From positions 124,001 to 188,000 of the forward strand of contig MCFE01000018.1 of assembly GCA_002104905.1 (NCBI GenBank): 64,000 nucleotides of DNA, read 5' to 3'. The stretch comes from Basidiobolus meristosporus CBS 931.73. Lineage: Eukaryota > Fungi > Basidiobolomycota. Below are positions 61,401-64,000 of this stretch, piece by piece. Every line of letters begins with the position of its first letter. The stretch's first letter is position 1. Under the pieces are notes generated by a model. It was not told the DNA's origin. It ran no database searches and was given only the letters and a program-made list of their open reading frames with translations. The position numbers and the translations under genes are program-made.

Positions 61401-62764
61401 TGACTCATCCACTTGCATATAAAATCTACATATTTCACTAGCCTTAAATATATAACCCTTCTACGGTGGAGAATCATTCATGCTAGGCTTCTGCTGTTTG
61501 AAATACATAATTTCAGCGGAGGCAGAGCTTTTGGATACTAGTGAACATTATGTTTCAAGGTTGCTGGTTGAAATAACCCGCTGCGCATTGTTGATTGGCA
61601 CTACGAAATATTATACAACCGTATGTGTATGTGGCTTGTATCAAATCACTGTAATGTGGATCTGTTTCCAAATTCGTAGTTCAGTGCTATGAAGAAATAC
61701 ATGAAATCTAGATCTTTTATTTTTTACACTATTGTTCCAAAATGCAATGTGATCTGAGACTCTTGCTGTTTTCAGTAAGCGGTACAATGATTAGCAGCAC
61801 CATGCCGTAGATATGAGATATGTATCACATGTTGAATGGTTGGAATCAACTAATGGATTTGATAAATCATTCCAAATATTCTACACTGTATTCATGGTGC
61901 CGCTCACGACTCTTCGTGCCGTCAGGTGTTGACACTTAGCCATACTACCAAGTAGATATTGTTGTTCAGACTTCACCACGTTTTAGCGGACTACCCAATT
62001 TGTAGATGTAACCATGAGGGCCAGGAATATACATGTCGAGATGCGCTATATAATGTTATCAACATTAATGTAGTGGACATTCAGGTATGATGTAAAGCAT
62101 TATTAATCTGCGATTTAGGAAACGTTTCTGTGGCTGGTTGGGATAATACTAGGTATAATACTATTCATCAGGTCCATTATTGCAATATTACATCAACGCT
62201 ACCGCCGTGGAATCAGCATTATCCCAATCACGTTGCCATCAGCGATATGCATAAGCATATTGGCACACATGTAAACCTATCACATTGTTAACTTTGCGAC
62301 TTGCCAATCAGCCGGTCACATTGTTGGCATAGCGTGCCGATTCAAGGCATTACCTTTTCGAGATGTGTGGTGAAAGTTATTAAATGGATCTGTACGTTTC
62401 TATCGGCACAAACAGTATTCAGATAGAAATTGACGATACGAAATTGAATAAATGCTCAGATATACCTGAATAAGGTGGATTTCCTCATGTTCATAGCTGG
62501 CTTATCTCAGTGAATCGGCCACTTGGTAGATCGAGATTGCTGAAGGTTCCGATTAGTGCTGATTCGCGTTGACCTCTACATTGGGAACGTATAACATGTG
62601 AAGCCCAGTGATGTGAATATGGAAATGGATGTTGAGGCCTGGAGCAAAGTGGCTGACTTTGCATTATTACCAATAACTTTCGATCATGACCCCGGAAGAA
62701 TGTACCATACGCAAGGAGTGGATAAATCATTACCAAAGATGCAGCATAAAAGGCAGGCTATGAG

Positions 62765-64000
62765 AAGTCAAACAGCAAGCCTAGTTTCACTCTACAAAAA
62801 GCCCTCCGTTTGACTGAATATTCCGTTTGCAGCATCTCTGCTTGGCACTCTTCCATTTGGAGGTCATTACTGTACCAGTACCGGTGTTATTCACATGAAC
62901 TTCCAAGCGTGTCATGTTGAATCCGAGCCGCAGGTTACCAGCGTGAAGTCAATGTATATTTGTTGTCACGTTTAGAGTACTTGTAAAGAATAAAACGTCT
63001 ATCGAGGGTGAATCTTAGTTGCTTGTATGATATGGTTTAGGTTCAGTAGTTATGAATGGGCACTATCTTTCCTGTAGGTGAGTAGGAAATGTTAGCGTTT
63101 GTATGTTGCAAGTTTAGTAGTTTAACATGGAATCAATGTTCCGCTATATATATAATGGGATTGGAGTGATTAAAAGCAAGCAAATATATGGAGGTGAAGA
63201 AGTGCTTTGAACAGGCAGCGCTTGCCGATTATAGAAGGTCGTTTGAAGATATGAAAGGGGAACATAGATTTGGATTTAGTTCGGTGCATTTGCATCTTCA
63301 AATACCCCGGAGAATCTTGCTTCCGACTGAATCCAGCAGTAAATTGATTAATGAATCTATTGAGTTTAAGAAACAAGCTGTGACCATGATTGTTTACTAC
63401 ATTACAAGGAAGTTAGAGTCCCATACTTGGGGTATGGTGGGCTATGAAGCAAATATTACTAAAATGACTTAACACTTGCGAATTAAATCGACACACGTAA
63501 CTCGCCTTAAAGTTGAATCCGTCCAAGGTTTCATATTGTTTATGCCGGACCATTGCTGATTTAGAGTACGCATCCACCATATTTGCTTGCTTTTAATCAC
63601 TCCAATCCCATTATATATATAGCGGAACATTGATTCCATGTTAAACTACTAAACTTGCAACATACAAACGCTAACATTTCCTACTCACCTACAGGAAAGA
63701 TAGTGCCCATTCATAACTACTGAACCTAAACCATATCATACAAGCAACTAAGATTCACCCTCGATAGACGTTTTATTCTTTACAAGTACTCTAAACGTGA
63801 CAACAAATATACATTGACTTCACGCTGGTAACCTGCGGCTCGGCTTCAACATGACACGCTTGGAAGTTCATGTGAATTACACCGGTACTGGTCCAGTATT
63901 GACCTCCGGATAAATGGCTGCCAAGCAGAGATGCTGCAAACGGAATATTCAGTCAAACGGCGGGCTTTTTGTAGAGTGAAACTAGGCTTGCTGGTTGATA
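62765..64000. repeat. Fold-back inverted repeat 3: arms 62765-63192 and 63568-64000 (open at the window edge)
   Basis: At least 430 bp arms, nearly perfectly complementary; the 375 bp spacer is a reverse-oriented relative of the other spacers. Confidence 0.93.

Larger units (their letters stand above)
44170..64000. repeat. Shuffled array of decayed gene-like modules in both orientations, continuing past the window end
   Basis: Module A (CCAAAGATGCAG..AAGCCTAGT..GAATATTCCGT..GAGTACTTGTAAAGAATAAAAC) lies at about 46310+, 47590-, 48620+ (partial), 52060+, 53670-, 55890-, 60210+, 62735+ and 64000-. Other modules recur 3-7 times. No ORF longer than about 110 codons. Confidence 0.92.

Noticed and set aside
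44170-64000. Recurrent TGA in reconstructed frames, sometimes aligned with TGG, suggested a UGA=Trp donor (mitochondrial or mollicute DNA)
   Set aside because: Several TGA align with CGA in other copies (CpG decay), TAA/TAG are also common, and spliceosomal intron signals are present. A formal alignment count of TGA/TGG versus TGA/CGA would settle it.
44170-64000. CRISPR-like or satellite interpretation of the repeats
   Set aside because: Units are hundreds of bp long, irregularly spaced and inverted, with no short constant repeat separated by unique spacers and no cas-like ORF.

Overview
Intron-containing fungal nuclear DNA with short 52-77 nt GT-AG introns and CTAAC/TACTAAC branch sites. 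An early-diverging, zygomycete-type lineage is my inference, not something the sequence proves. 0.3-6 kb: GPI-type chitin/polysaccharide deacetylase, RPL30, a membrane-anchored beta-helix protein and PKR1. 6.6-25.2 kb: three intact 4-exon GT31 (core-1 galactosyltransferase/Fringe-like) paralogues plus a deleted fourth remnant, separated by a nest of degenerate Copia elements and solo LTRs. 25.7-41.2 kb: thioesterase and cupin pseudogenes, a chromodomain-like gene, a PCL-type cyclin, a KIN1-type kinase, a small Cys-rich ORF and a fucosyltransferase-like gene. 41.5-44.1 kb: decayed LINE and Copia pieces. 44.2-64 kb is the most unusual part: about 20 kb with no long ORF, built from shuffled, repeatedly inverted, decayed copies of an unidentified intron-containing protein gene or genes. 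It contains near-perfect fold-back inverted repeats, mosaic identity tracts and precise micro-inversions. No rRNA, tRNA or CRISPR array was recognised. All gene models and identities were made by eye, without alignment or database searches.
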